NCBI GenBank assembly: GCA_963814375.1
Contig: CAWFCQ010000004.1
Coordinates: 160,001 to 224,000 of the forward strand
Origin: an uncultured Chloroflexia bacterium
Lineage (GTDB): Bacteria > Chloroflexota > Limnocylindria > QHBO01
DNA: 64,000 bases
Reading direction: 5' to 3'
Part shown: one piece after another, positions 19,633 through 30,009 of the stretch
Position numbering within the stretch: position 1 is the stretch's first letter
Layout of the letters: every line of letters begins with the position of its first letter
The notes under the pieces: generated by a model
The model's input: only the letters and a program-made list of their open reading frames with translations
The model's database searches: none
Told to the model about the DNA's origin: nothing
Translations under genes and position numbers: made by a program

Positions 19633-20840
19633 ATGCTGTCCCTGGACGCGGCCTCCGCCCGGCTCCTCGAGCGCGCTCATCCGACCCAGGGTGAGACCGT
19701 CGGCCTGGCCGATGCCCTCGGACGCGTCCTCGTCGAGCCGCATGGTCGTGGCCGCCGTCGACGTTCCGCCGTTCGCCAACTCATCGATGGATGGGTTCGC
19801 GGTCCGCGCCGCAGATGCGCCCGGCACGCTTCGGCTCATTGGCGAGGTCGCGGCGGGCGCCACCGTCCTCGCGACGGTCGAGCCGGGCACCGCGCTCCGG
19901 ATCATGACCGGTGCCCCGCTCCCGCCCGGCGCCGATGCCGTCGTCCCGCTCGAGGACGCGATCGAGGCCGATGGCCGCGTTGAGATCGCGGGCGGCGTTT
20001 CCGACTGGCGCGTACGTGCGGGCCGCGGCGCACGACACGCGCGCCGGCGACGAGATCTGCCTGCCCGGCCCGCTGACGCCGTCAGCGATTGCCGTGCTGG
20101 CCTCCATCGGTGTCGGAACCGTCGAGGTCCGGCGGCGCCCGGTGGTTGCGGTGCTGTCGACCGGGGACGAGCTGGTTGGGCCCGGCGAGCCGCTCGGTCC
20201 GGGCAAGATCCACGATGCCAACACGGTGGCGCTCGCGGCCGCCGTGATCGACTCCGGCGGCACGCCGCTCGCCCTGCCGCGTGTCGCCGACGATCCTGCG
20301 GCGATCGAGTCGGCGCTGCTGAGCGCCGCGGCCGAGTCGGACCTCGTCGTGGCATCGGGTGGCGTCAGCGTCGGGCGCCACGACCACGTGCGCGAGGTGA
20401 TCGAGCACCGCGGAACGCTCGACTTCTGGCGCATCTCCGTGCAACCCGGCAAGCCGCTGGCGGTGGGCGAGCTCGATGGGGTGACGGTGATCGGCCTGCC
20501 CGGCAACCCGGTCAGCGCGCTCGTCACATTCGAGCTCTTTGTCCGACCGTTCATCCGCGCCATGCTCGAACTGCCGGGCGACGGTCGCACCCGCGTCCGC
20601 GCCACGCCGACGGAGCGGATCGCGAAAGATGCGCCGCGCCGCGCGTTCCTGCGAGTCCGCGTCCGCGAGCATGGCGGCGCCTTCGAGGCAGAGCCGGCAG
20701 GCGGTCAGCAATCCTCGCAGCTGCGGCCGATGGCCGATGCCAACGGATTGCTCGTCGTCCCCGAGGGTCCGGATGCGGCCGAGCCGGGCCGGGCTTACGA
20801 GGCGATCCTGATCGGCCCCCTGCCCGCGAGCGACCGATGA
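19633..20840 (+). pseudogene. moeA: Molybdopterin molybdotransferase MoeA with two +1 frameshifts (~19741 and ~20000), likely sequencing errors
   Basis: ALGRVL (frame 19633); VPPFANSSMDGFAV and IMTGAPLPPGADAVVPLED (frame 19691); STGDEL, SGGVSVG, PGKP, GLPGNP (frame 19911). Confidence 0.85.
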
Positions 20841-21802
20841 AGCCGAGCCATCTCGACGACGAAGGCGCGCCGCGCATGGTCGACGTCGGCGACAAGCCGG
20901 TGACCGCGCGCCGGGCGGTGGCTGCGGCCACCGTGCGCATGCGGCCCGAGGTGCTGGCCCAGCTCGTGGATGCGGGCGGTCCGAAGGGTGACGCGTTCGT
21001 CACCGCGCGACTGGCTGGCATCGGCGCCGCCAAGCGGACCGCCGAGCTCATCCCGCTCTGCCATCCGCTTCCGCTCGATCGCGTCGACCTCGAGATCGTG
21101 CCCGGTGCCGGCGACGGAACCGTCCGGATCACGGCAGAGGTGCGAGCCACCGCGCGCACCGGCGTCGAGATGGAGGCGCTCACGGCCGCGTCGGTTGCGG
21201 CGCTGACTCTGTACGACATGGCCAAGGCGCTCCAACGCGACATCGTCATCGAGCGAGTCGAGCTCCTGGAGAAGTCAGGCGGGCGCTCGGGGGACTTCAC
21301 CCGCGATGCCGCGGTCGCGGCCGCCGAGCACGAGGCGGTCGTCGTCACCTGCTCGAATCGGTCGGCGGCGGGGGAGCGTGAGGACACGTCCGGCCCGGCT
21401 CTCGTACAGCTCCTGGCCGATGCCGGTTTCGACGCAGCGCCTGAGCCAATCGTCGTCGCCGACGACGAGGCGACCATCGTGGCCGTCCTGACTCGGCTCA
21501 CCGACGCCGGGCACCGGCTCATCCTCACCACCGGCGGCACCGGCCTGACGCCGACCGACGTGACGCCGGCGGCCACGCGGCGCGTGATCGACCGCGAGGT
21601 CCCAGGCATGGCGGAGCTGATGCGGGCAGCCGGCCTCGCGTCGACGCCGATGGCGGCACTCTCGCGTGGGCTCGTCGGTGCCCGCGGGACGACGCTCATC
21701 GCCAATCTCCCGGGCTCGCTGAAGGGCGCCACCGAGTCCGTCGCCGGGCTCCTTCCTGTGCTGCGCCACGCGCTCGAGCAGCTCGCCGGCGGCGATCATT
21801 GA
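20837..21802 (+). CDS. moaCB: Bifunctional MoaC-MoaB/MogA molybdenum cofactor biosynthesis protein
   Basis: MVDVGDK, LIPLCHP, TGVEMEAL, YDMAK; then DTSGP, TTGGTGLTPTDVTP, NLPGS. Confidence 0.9.
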   Translation: MKPSHLDDEGAPRMVDVGDKPVTARRAVAAATVRMRPEVLAQLVDAGGPKGDAFVTARLAGIGAAKRTAELIPLCHPLPLDRVDLEIVPGAGDGTVRITAEVRATARTGVEMEALTAASVAALTLYDMAKALQRDIVIERVELLEKSGGRSGDFTRDAAVAAAEHEAVVVTCSNRSAAGEREDTSGPALVQLLADAGFDAAPEPIVVADDEATIVAVLTRLTDAGHRLILTTGGTGLTPTDVTPAATRRVIDREVPGMAELMRAAGLASTPMAALSRGLVGARGTTLIANLPGSLKGATESVAGLLPVLRHALEQLAGGDH

Positions 21803-22179
21803 CCGCGCCGCCGGCCGTCGAGCAGTTCGTCTTCGTCATCACCACGCGCCGGTTCGCGGAGTCGCTCGGCTTCTATCGCGACCTCATCGGCTTCGAGCTC
21901 GTCGAAGAGTGGACCGAGCACGGACATGGCGCGGTCCTCTCTGGCGGGCATCACGCGCGGGTCGAGCTGATCGAGCTCGACGTGCCGGACGAGCCGCCTC
22001 CGCGCCACGCTCCGATGCTCGGCCTCCAGGTCGCCGACGTGCCCGCCATCCACGCGCGGCTGCTGGCCTCCGGCTGGCCGATCGCGTCGCCGCTCGTCGA
22101 GCGGGCATGGGGTGGGATCGGCTTCGGCGTCCTCGATCCGAACGGCGTGGCGGTGAACGTCTACTCGGCGTACGAATGA
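21799..22179 (+). CDS. VOC family protein
   Basis: SLGFYRDLIGF, LQVADV, RAWGGIGFGVLDPNG. Confidence 0.8.
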   Translation: MTAPPAVEQFVFVITTRRFAESLGFYRDLIGFELVEEWTEHGHGAVLSGGHHARVELIELDVPDEPPPRHAPMLGLQVADVPAIHARLLASGWPIASPLVERAWGGIGFGVLDPNGVAVNVYSAYE

Positions 22180-22218
22180 TCTGAGCGCGGTCCGCCGCGG
22201 CTACCATGGCGGCCACGC

Positions 22219-24420
22219 ATGGACGCCACCATTCCGTTCTATCCGCTGGTCGTCGTGCCCATCGTGATGGCGATCGCGCTCTTCTGGCGCCGCGCGCGGT
22301 GGCACATGGCGATCCTGCGCCTCGGGCAGCCGCTCAATCGGACGGACCGCATCGGCAAGCGGATCGGCGCGCTCGGCGTCTTCGTGTTCGGTCAGCGGCG
22401 GCTCCTCCAAGACCCCGGCCCCGGCCTGGCCCACGCCTTCGTCTTCTGGGGCTTCATCGTCCTGCTGGCGACGACTGGCAACTACATCACCAACGGGCTG
22501 GTCGAGGCGATCGTCGGCTGGCCGCTCGGCGGCTTCTTCTGGAGCGTCATCGTCTTCTTCGCCAACGTCTTCGTCGGGCTGGTCCTCGCATCGGTCGTGT
22601 ACTACGTCGTCCGGCGTGTCGTCGTCCGCCCCGCGCGCCTGGCGCTGACGCGTGACGCCTTCGTCATCCTCGGGCTCATCTTCGCGATCGTGCTGACGGA
22701 GCTGATCGGCGATGCGTTTGCCTACGTCGTCGAGCCCGATGCGCCCGCGCGCACCTGGGCCGTCCTGGCCGGTCCGCTGAGCGTGGCGCTGGCGCCGATG
22801 GGGGCGGAGGCGGCGCTGGTCGGCTTCGGGCTGATGGCGTGGGCGCACATCGGTCTCGTGCTCGGCTTCGGCGCATACCTGCCGTACTCCAAGCACCTGC
22901 ACATCATCAGCAGCGAGCCGAACGTCTACTTCAAGAGCCTCGAGCCGCGCGGCGCGCTGCGCAAGATGGACCTCGAGGCCGAGCCGGAGGACGGCAGCGA
23001 GCCGGTCTTCGGCGCCAGGACCCTCGAGGACCTCACCTGGCGCCACCTGCTCGACCCGCTGGCCTGCACCGAGTGCGGCCGCTGCATGGAGTTCTGCCCC
23101 GCGTCGGTCACCGGCAAGACGCTCTCGCCGAAGCACCTGATGGAGGGCATGCGCGACCAGATCCTGGCGGCCGAGACTGCCCTGGCGGCGGCGGCATCGG
23201 CGCAACGGGCGTGGAAGGGCGGAGCCAACGGCGGCGCTGCGGCGTCGGAGGACGCGCTGGGCCTCGCCCGGCAGCGCGCGGAGGAGGCGCTGACCCTGCC
23301 GCTCATCGACAACGCCATTCCCGAGGAGGCGGTCTGGCAATGCACGACGTGCGGGTGGTGCGTCGAGGGCTGCCCGGTGCTCATCGAGCATGTCGACACG
23401 ATCGTCGAGATCCGCCGCAACGCGGTTCTCGAGGAGTCGCGCTTCCCGAAGGAGCTCAACGCCGCGTTCCGCAACATGGAGAACGCCGGCAACCCATGGG
23501 GCCAGCCGAAGGCGTCACGCCTGGACTGGGCGAAGGGCCTCGACGTGCCGGTGCTGGCGGAGGCCGATGCGTCGCGCGCCGCGCCTAGCGTCAACGGGGA
23601 CGCCTGGAGGACGATCTTCGAGGCTCGCCCGACTCACGACGCGCTCGACGGCCGCGTCCTCTTCTGGGTCGGCTGCGCCGGCGCCTTCGACGACCGCAAT
23701 CGGAAGGTCGTCCGTGCAATGGCCCAGCTCCTGCGCCAGGCCGACGTCTCGTTCGCCGTCCTCGGACCGCGGGAGACATGCACCGGCGATCCCGCGCGGC
23801 GCGCCGGCAACGAGTACCTCTTCCAGATGCTCGCCGAGGAGAACGTCGCGACGCTCTCGGCCGCGCACGCCGACCACGGCATCTCGACCATCGTCGCCAC
23901 CTGCCCGCACTGCTTCAACACGATCCGCAACGAGTACCCGCAGTTCGGGCTGCGCGGCATCCAGGTCATCCACCACACCCAGCTGCTGGATCGGCTGGTC
24001 GCCGATGGGCGCCTCGTGCCCTCCGAGCACCACGAGGCGGTCGTTGCCTACCACGACGCCTGCTACCTCGGCCGCTACAACCAGGTCTACGACGAAGGGC
24101 GCCGCGTGGTCGAGTCGGTGCCGGGGCAGTCGATCGTCGAGATGGACCTCCACCATCGGCGCGGCATGTGCTGCGGCGCCGGCGGAGCGCGGATGTGGAT
24201 GGAGGAGCGCGAGGGGAAGCGCATCAACCACAAGCGCGTCGAGCAGGCCCTCGAGAAGACGCCGGACGAGATCGCCACCGCCTGCCCCTTCTGCCTGATC
24301 ATGCTGCGTGACGGCACGACCGACCTCGAACGGACCGATGTCGCGGTCCGCGACGTTGCCGAGCTCCTCGCCGATGCCACCGGCGCATGGCAGCGTGAGG
24401 TGGGCGGGCCCGAGGCGTGA
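22219..24420 (+). CDS. fadF: Membrane Fe-S oxidoreductase (FadF/EtfD, HdrD-like with CCG domains)
   Basis: N-terminal TM domain (AHAFVFWG, SKHLH), two CxxCxxCxxxCP motifs, CTGD, CPHC, YHDACYLGR, CCGAGG, CPFC. Confidence 0.85.
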   Translation: MDATIPFYPLVVVPIVMAIALFWRRARWHMAILRLGQPLNRTDRIGKRIGALGVFVFGQRRLLQDPGPGLAHAFVFWGFIVLLATTGNYITNGLVEAIVGWPLGGFFWSVIVFFANVFVGLVLASVVYYVVRRVVVRPARLALTRDAFVILGLIFAIVLTELIGDAFAYVVEPDAPARTWAVLAGPLSVALAPMGAEAALVGFGLMAWAHIGLVLGFGAYLPYSKHLHIISSEPNVYFKSLEPRGALRKMDLEAEPEDGSEPVFGARTLEDLTWRHLLDPLACTECGRCMEFCPASVTGKTLSPKHLMEGMRDQILAAETALAAAASAQRAWKGGANGGAAASEDALGLARQRAEEALTLPLIDNAIPEEAVWQCTTCGWCVEGCPVLIEHVDTIVEIRRNAVLEESRFPKELNAAFRNMENAGNPWGQPKASRLDWAKGLDVPVLAEADASRAAPSVNGDAWRTIFEARPTHDALDGRVLFWVGCAGAFDDRNRKVVRAMAQLLRQADVSFAVLGPRETCTGDPARRAGNEYLFQMLAEENVATLSAAHADHGISTIVATCPHCFNTIRNEYPQFGLRGIQVIHHTQLLDRLVADGRLVPSEHHEAVVAYHDACYLGRYNQVYDEGRRVVESVPGQSIVEMDLHHRRGMCCGAGGARMWMEEREGKRINHKRVEQALEKTPDEIATACPFCLIMLRDGTTDLERTDVAVRDVAELLADATGAWQREVGGPEA

Positions 24421-25040
24421 CCTCACCGCTCCTGCTCCACGTCCCCGACAGCTTCGAGTCTGAGCGGCTCCTCATCAGGGCGCCGCAGCCCGGCGACGGC
24501 GCCGAGGTCCACGCCGCGATCACCGAGTCATTGGCCGAGCTCCGCCCATGGATGCCATGGGCTCACCCGGAACAATCGGTCGACGACGTCGAGGCGAACG
24601 TCCGGCATGCCGCCGCCGAGTTCATCGCCCGCCGCGACCTTCGGCTCCACCTCTACCTGCGCGACGGCGGCGGGTTCATAGGCGCGAGTGGGCTGCATCG
24701 GATCGACTGGGACGTCCCGCGGTTCGAGATCGGCTACTGGGTGCGCTCGAGCATGACCGGCCAGGGATTCGCCACGGAGGCGACGATGCGCATCGCCGAG
24801 ATGGCCTTCGCCGAGCTCGCCGCCGAGCGCGTCGAGGTCTGGTGCGACGCGCGCAACGAGCGAAGCGCCGCGGTCGCGCAACGCGCCGGGTTCGCCTACG
24901 AAGCGCGCCTCAATCGGAACCGCATCGGCGCCGACGGCGTGCTGTCCGACTCCCTCTGCTTCGTCCGCCTCCGCGACCACGGAATCCGCGACGGTGCGCG
25001 GAATCCGCGGAATCTAGATGCGAAGTCTGCGGAAAGTTGA
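24417..25040 (+). CDS. RimJ/RimL-type GNAT N-acetyltransferase
   Basis: LRPWMPWA, EIGYWV, GQGFATE, NERSAAVAQRAGF. Confidence 0.85.
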   Translation: MTSPLLLHVPDSFESERLLIRAPQPGDGAEVHAAITESLAELRPWMPWAHPEQSVDDVEANVRHAAAEFIARRDLRLHLYLRDGGGFIGASGLHRIDWDVPRFEIGYWVRSSMTGQGFATEATMRIAEMAFAELAAERVEVWCDARNERSAAVAQRAGFAYEARLNRNRIGADGVLSDSLCFVRLRDHGIRDGARNPRNLDAKSAES

Positions 25041-25065
25041 CCCCCAATGGGCCCGAGGCTACGCT
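25037..25065 (+). promoter_or_regulatory. Sigma70-type promoter for the Lrp gene (TTGACC-N17-TACGCT)
   Basis: -35 at 25037-25042, -10 at 25060-25065, ATG 8 nt downstream, no SD. Confidence 0.6.
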
Positions 25066-25073
25066 CGACGCAC

Positions 25074-25559
25074 ATGGCGATGCGATCGATCCCTCAGCCC
25101 GGCCGGCGCCCCGCGCTCGACGACCTCGACAAGGCCATCATCCAGTGCCTTCAGCTCGACGGTCGGCGGCCCTACGCGCAGATCGGCCGCCAGCTGAAGG
25201 TTCCGGAGGCCACCGTGCGGCAGCGAGCGGAGCGGCTCATCAACCGCCGGGTGGTGCAGGTCGTGGGCGTGACCGACCCGCTGGCCATGGGGTTCCAGCA
25301 GCCGGCACTCATCGGCCTGAAGGTCGAGCCGGGAAAGCTGGACCGGATCGCCGAGCAGATCGCCGAGCTCGAGGAGGTCACCTACCTGGTCGTGACCGCC
25401 GGCCGCTTCGACCTGGTGTGCGAGGTCGTGTGCGAGGACAACGACCATCTGCTCCGCGTCCTGACCGAGAACCTCGCGCAGATCAAGGGCATCCGGGCGA
25501 CGGAGACGCTGGTCGAGCTGCGCTTCGTCAAGGAGAGCTACCAGTGGGGCACCCGATAG
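25074..25559 (+). CDS. Lrp/AsnC family transcriptional regulator
   Basis: LDDLDKAII..LQLDGRRPYAQI, VTDPLAMGF, VTAGRFDL, YQWGTR end. Confidence 0.92.
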   Translation: MAMRSIPQPGRRPALDDLDKAIIQCLQLDGRRPYAQIGRQLKVPEATVRQRAERLINRRVVQVVGVTDPLAMGFQQPALIGLKVEPGKLDRIAEQIAELEEVTYLVVTAGRFDLVCEVVCEDNDHLLRVLTENLAQIKGIRATETLVELRFVKESYQWGTR

Positions 25560-25569
25560 GAGGGCGGCC

Positions 25570-27000
25570 GTGACGATCACCGGGCAGGGGGTCACTCGGG
25601 CGCGCATCGCCGAGATCGGGGCGCGCGAGGAGGCCGACTACCGGCGCCGCACGCCGAAGAGCGCCGCGCTCTTCGAGCGCGCGCAGCAGTCGATGCCGCT
25701 CGGGGTCGCGAGCTCCTTCCAGGCCTACGAGCCGTACCCGCTGTTCATGACCGATGCGCGCGGCAGCCGGATCAGCGACGCGGATGGCAACGAGTACATC
25801 GACTTCGACATGGCCTTCGGCGTCCTGGCCGCCGGGCACTCGCATCCGATCCTGGCCGAGGCGCTCGAGCGCCGTGTCGCGAACGGCACGTGCTACACAT
25901 TCCCCGTCGAGGATGGCATCGCGCTGGCGGAGGAGATCAAGGCCCGGTTCGGCGCCGATCTCGTCCGGTTCAGCAACTCCGGCACCGAGGCCACGATGGA
26001 CGCCATCCGCGTCGCACGCGGCTACACCGGCCGGGAGAAGATCGTCAAGTTCGAGGGTGGGTACCACGGCCACCACGACGACCTGCTCGTGAGCATCCAG
26101 CCGCCGCGCGACGCGATGGGACCTGCCGAGGCTCCCGCCACCGTTCCCGCCAGTGCCGGCATTCCGCGCAGCCGGATCGCCGAGACGATCGTGGCGCCGT
26201 TCAACGAGCCCGATCTGCTGGCCGCCATCCTCGAGGCTCATCGCGACCAGATCGCGGCGATCATCATCGAGCCGGTCCAGTTCAACATCGGCGTCGTGCC
26301 GCCCCGGCCGGGCTACCTCGAGCGGGTTCGCGATCTCGCCACCGAGCACGGCGCGATCCTCATTTTCGACGAGGTGAAGACCGGCGTCGTCCTGGCGTGG
26401 GGCGGCGCATATGAGTACTTCGGGGTCCAGCCCGACCTCTTCTGCCTCGCAAAGAGCATCGGCGGCGGCATTCCGATCGGCGCGTTCGGCGGCCGCCGCG
26501 AGGTGATGGCGGTCATAGAGACGCTCGAGGGGAATGCCGCGCTTGGCACCGGCATCGAGCGCACCACGATCCCGGGCGGGGCGACGCGCGTGGCCCACCT
26601 GGGAACCTTCAACGGGAATCCGCTCTCGATGACGGCGGGCCTCGTCACCCTCACCCGAATCCTGACGAAGGACGCGTATCCGCCACTGACCGCTCTCGCG
26701 GATCGGCTCACGGCCGGCTGCCAGGGCGTGATCGACGAGTTCGAGCTGCCCGGCTATGCCATCAACGTCGGGCCCAAGGGGTGCGTCATGTTCACTCCGG
26801 AGCGAGTGACGAACTATCGCGACTTCATCGGCCTCGACGCCGAGCTGTGGGCCGCAAGCTTCTTCTATCTCGCCAATCGCGGGATCCTGCTGCCGCCCGG
26901 GCCGGATGACCAGTGGACCCTGTCGGTGCAGCACACCGATGCCGAGGTCGAGCGCCATGTCGCCGTCTTCCGCGAATTCGCCGCGGAGCTGACCGCCTGA
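25570..27000 (+). CDS. Class III aminotransferase (glutamate-1-semialdehyde aminomutase-like)
   Basis: NSGTEATM, KFEGGYHG, LIFDEVKTG, LAKSIGGG, HLGTFNGNP. Confidence 0.85.
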   Translation: MTITGQGVTRARIAEIGAREEADYRRRTPKSAALFERAQQSMPLGVASSFQAYEPYPLFMTDARGSRISDADGNEYIDFDMAFGVLAAGHSHPILAEALERRVANGTCYTFPVEDGIALAEEIKARFGADLVRFSNSGTEATMDAIRVARGYTGREKIVKFEGGYHGHHDDLLVSIQPPRDAMGPAEAPATVPASAGIPRSRIAETIVAPFNEPDLLAAILEAHRDQIAAIIIEPVQFNIGVVPPRPGYLERVRDLATEHGAILIFDEVKTGVVLAWGGAYEYFGVQPDLFCLAKSIGGGIPIGAFGGRREVMAVIETLEGNAALGTGIERTTIPGGATRVAHLGTFNGNPLSMTAGLVTLTRILTKDAYPPLTALADRLTAGCQGVIDEFELPGYAINVGPKGCVMFTPERVTNYRDFIGLDAELWAASFFYLANRGILLPPGPDDQWTLSVQHTDAEVERHVAVFREFAAELTA

Positions 27001-27077
27001 TCGGCTGATCGCTCGCACGCTGCCTGCAGGTACGAATCGGAACACCGGGCGTACTGGTGGGTGAGGAGGTTCACCTG

Positions 27078-27947
27078 ATGCTCGAACGCACCGCTCGACC
27101 GCTGCGCGGCCTATCGAACGGCATCGCGTCGGTCACGAATGGGGTGTATGGCGCCCTGGGAGGACCGGGCCGCTTGCTTCAGGACTTCCTGAACGGATCC
27201 TGGCTCGGGCACTCGCTCCACGCCGTGCTCGTCGATGTCGTCATCGGCGGCGCGACCGCCGTGCTCTTCCTCGACATCCTCCGCGTCTTCTTCGGCGTCG
27301 AGGGCACGGAGGATGCGGCGACCTGGATCGTCGGGCTCGTCGTTCTGTCCGCGCTCGGCGCGATCCTCACCGGCCTGACCGACTACAAGGACACTTCGCC
27401 CGATAGCGCGGAGCGGGACGTGGCTGGCATGCATGGCCTCGTCAACATCGTCGCCACCATCGGCTTTGCGATCTCGCTGGCGCAGCGGCTGGGCGGAGGG
27501 CACGACGGCGCCTTCTGGGTGCTCCTCGTGTCGTACCTGGTGGTCAGCGTGGGCGGCTACATCGGCGGCCACGTCGTCTTCAAGTACGGCTACATGGTGA
27601 ACCACAACGCCTTCTCGCGCGGCAAGAAAGCCGCCGAGTTCACGCCGGTGATCGCCGCCGCCGAGGTGCCTGAGGAGACGCCGACGAAGGTCACATTCGG
27701 TGCAACCGCGGTGATGATCGTGCGGCGCGGTGACGTGGTCCACGCCCTCAAGGAGACCTGCTCGCACGCCGGCGGACCGTTGTCGCAGGGCGAGCTGAAG
27801 GGCGACACGATCACCTGCCCGTGGCACTTCTCGACGTTCCGCCTCACCGATGGCGCGGTGCGGCACGGTCCGGCTGGGTCACGGCAGATCTCGTACCGGG
27901 CGCGGATCAACGACGGACAGGTGGAGCTCCAGGGCCCGCACGACTGA
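27078..27947 (+). CDS. DUF2231 membrane domain fused to a Rieske [2Fe-2S] domain
   Basis: WLGHSLHAVLVD, GGHVVF; CSHAGGPL and CPWHFSTF; GAGGAGG RBS. Confidence 0.85.
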   Translation: MLERTARPLRGLSNGIASVTNGVYGALGGPGRLLQDFLNGSWLGHSLHAVLVDVVIGGATAVLFLDILRVFFGVEGTEDAATWIVGLVVLSALGAILTGLTDYKDTSPDSAERDVAGMHGLVNIVATIGFAISLAQRLGGGHDGAFWVLLVSYLVVSVGGYIGGHVVFKYGYMVNHNAFSRGKKAAEFTPVIAAAEVPEETPTKVTFGATAVMIVRRGDVVHALKETCSHAGGPLSQGELKGDTITCPWHFSTFRLTDGAVRHGPAGSRQISYRARINDGQVELQGPHD

Positions 27948-27985
27948 GCATGGACCCCACGTCCATCCGCTAGACTCCGGAGCCC

Positions 27986-29191
27986 GTGCCGAGTGCCACC
28001 GACACCTCGCTCCGAGGAGCCCGCTTGACGTATCTGCCCACCGCCGATCATGACGAGCTGCGTGCCATGGTGCGCGAGCTGGCGGAGGAGCGCATCGCCC
28101 CTCGCGCCGCCGAGATCGACGAAAAGGCCGAATTCCCGTGGGACCTCAAGGAGCTGCTGGCGCAGCAGGACCTCCTCGGCACGTGCTTCGAGGAGCGTCA
28201 CGGCGGCACCGCTCTCGACACCGTGGCTCAGAGCATCCTCGTCGAGGAGATCGCCCGGGCGGACGCCACCACCAGCCTCATCCCGGTCGTCCAGAAGCTC
28301 GGCGCGCTGCCGATCATGCTGGCGGGGACCGATGGGCAGAAGGACCGATACTTCCCACGCCTCGCCTCCGGCGAGTGGCTGGCCGCCTTCGCCCTCACCG
28401 AGGCTGCCGCCGGCAGCGACGTCGCCAGCAACCGGATGCGGGCAACGCGCGACGGCGATGACTTCATCCTGAGCGGGAGCAAGCGCTTCATCACCCACGG
28501 GTCCGTCGCGAACCTCGTCACGGTGTTTGCCCTCACCGATCCGGCCGCTGGCGGCCGCAAGGGGATGAGCGCATTCATCGTCGAGACCGATACGCCCGGC
28601 TTCGCCGCGCCGCGCGTCGAGCACAAGATGGGGATCAGGGGCTCACCGACGGCGGAGCTCACCTTCGATGACGTCCGCGTCCCGCGCGCCAACCTGCTGG
28701 GCGACGAGGGCGACGGCTTCAAGATCGCCATGGCGACCCTCGATCGGTCACGCCTGGGCATCGCGGCCCAGGCGGTCGGCATCTCCCAGGGAGCGCTCGA
28801 CGCTGCGGTGACGTATGCGGCCGAACGGCGGCAGTTCGGCGAGCGCGTCACCGACTTCCAGGGGATCCAGTTCATGCTGGCCGACATGGCGTCGCTGACC
28901 GAGGCGGCGCGGCAGCTGACCTATGCCGCCGCCGCGCGCGTCGACGCATCGGCTCACGACTTGCCGTACTGGACCTCGAGCGCCAAGCTCGTGGCCGGCG
29001 ACACGGCCATGCGCGTCACGACCGATGCGGTCCAGGTCTTGGGCGGATACGGCTATATCACCGAGTACCCCGTGGAGCGCATGATGCGTGACGCGAAGAT
29101 CACGCAGCTCTACGAGGGGACCCAGCAGATCCAGCGCCTCATCGTGGCGCGCCAGCTCCTGATGCGAGCGGGCGTGGCCGAGCGAGGCTGA
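27986..29191 (+). CDS. Acyl-CoA dehydrogenase
   Basis: FALTEAAAGSD, GSKRFIT, KMGIRGSPT, RQFG, LGGYGY, ITQLYEGTQQIQR. Confidence 0.95.
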   Translation: MPSATDTSLRGARLTYLPTADHDELRAMVRELAEERIAPRAAEIDEKAEFPWDLKELLAQQDLLGTCFEERHGGTALDTVAQSILVEEIARADATTSLIPVVQKLGALPIMLAGTDGQKDRYFPRLASGEWLAAFALTEAAAGSDVASNRMRATRDGDDFILSGSKRFITHGSVANLVTVFALTDPAAGGRKGMSAFIVETDTPGFAAPRVEHKMGIRGSPTAELTFDDVRVPRANLLGDEGDGFKIAMATLDRSRLGIAAQAVGISQGALDAAVTYAAERRQFGERVTDFQGIQFMLADMASLTEAARQLTYAAAARVDASAHDLPYWTSSAKLVAGDTAMRVTTDAVQVLGGYGYITEYPVERMMRDAKITQLYEGTQQIQRLIVARQLLMRAGVAERG

Positions 29192-29221
29192 GACAGCAGC
29201 AGGAGCGAGAGCAAGCGGATC

Positions 29222-30004
29222 GTGAAGATCGTCGTCTGCGTCAAGCAGGTCCCGGCCACCGGCGCCGACAAGCGCTACACCGATGACCTGCGCCTCGATC
29301 GAACCGGCGTCGAGGCCATCATCAACCCACTCGACGAGTACGCCATCGAGCAGGCGCTGCGCCTGGTCGACGACGGCTCGGTCGAGACCGTGACCTACCT
29401 CTCGATGGGCCCTGAGCAGGCATCGGAGGCCCTGCGTCGCGCCCTGGCCATGGGCGGCGACGACGCGGTGCTGGTCAGCGATCCCGCCCTGGCCGGAGCG
29501 GACGAGTGGGCTACCGCTCGCGTGCTCGCCGCCGCGCTGGACAGGCTCGCGCCGGATGTCGCGCTGATGGGGATGGCCTCCGATGACGCCCGTGGCTCGC
29601 TCGTGCCCGGTGCGGTGGCCGCCATGCGAGACGTCCCGCTCCTCTCGTACGGGTCCGAGCTCAAGCTGGCCGATGGGGAGGCGAGCATCCGCCGCCTCTC
29701 GGCGACCGGCTTCGACTGGATCGGCGCGCCGCTGCCGGTCGTCGCGACTGTCACCGACCAGGTCGGCGAGCCGCGCTACGCCAGCCTCAAGGGGATCATG
29801 GCCGCCAAGCGCAAGCCGCTCGAGACATGGTCGCTGGCCGACCTCGACCTCTCCGGCGACGAGCTGCGCGGCGGTGCCCTGACCCAGGTGACCGATGCGC
29901 GTCCGCCGGAGGACAAGCCGCCGACGGAGCGGATCGAGAACATCCCCGCCGCCGAAGCCGCGACGAAGATCGCGGACTGGCTGGCCGCACGAAAGCTGAT
30001 CTGA
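29222..30004 (+). CDS. etfB: Electron transfer flavoprotein beta subunit
   Basis: VCVKQVP, NPLDEYAIE, ALAMGGD, PRYASLKGIMAAK. Confidence 0.93.
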   Translation: MKIVVCVKQVPATGADKRYTDDLRLDRTGVEAIINPLDEYAIEQALRLVDDGSVETVTYLSMGPEQASEALRRALAMGGDDAVLVSDPALAGADEWATARVLAAALDRLAPDVALMGMASDDARGSLVPGAVAAMRDVPLLSYGSELKLADGEASIRRLSATGFDWIGAPLPVVATVTDQVGEPRYASLKGIMAAKRKPLETWSLADLDLSGDELRGGALTQVTDARPPEDKPPTERIENIPAAEAATKIADWLAARKLI

Positions 30005-30009
30005 GACCG

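Noticed and set aside
19633-21802. MoeA-MoaC-MoaB triple fusion (ORF 19691-21802) or programmed frameshifting
   Set aside because: The middle of that ORF is out-of-frame moeA. moaCB has its own ATG overlapping the moeA stop, and no slippery site is present.
25570-27000. Calling the aminotransferase hemL
   Set aside because: No heme genes nearby, FDEVKTG and other deviations, and pairing with an Lrp regulator; left as class III aminotransferase.
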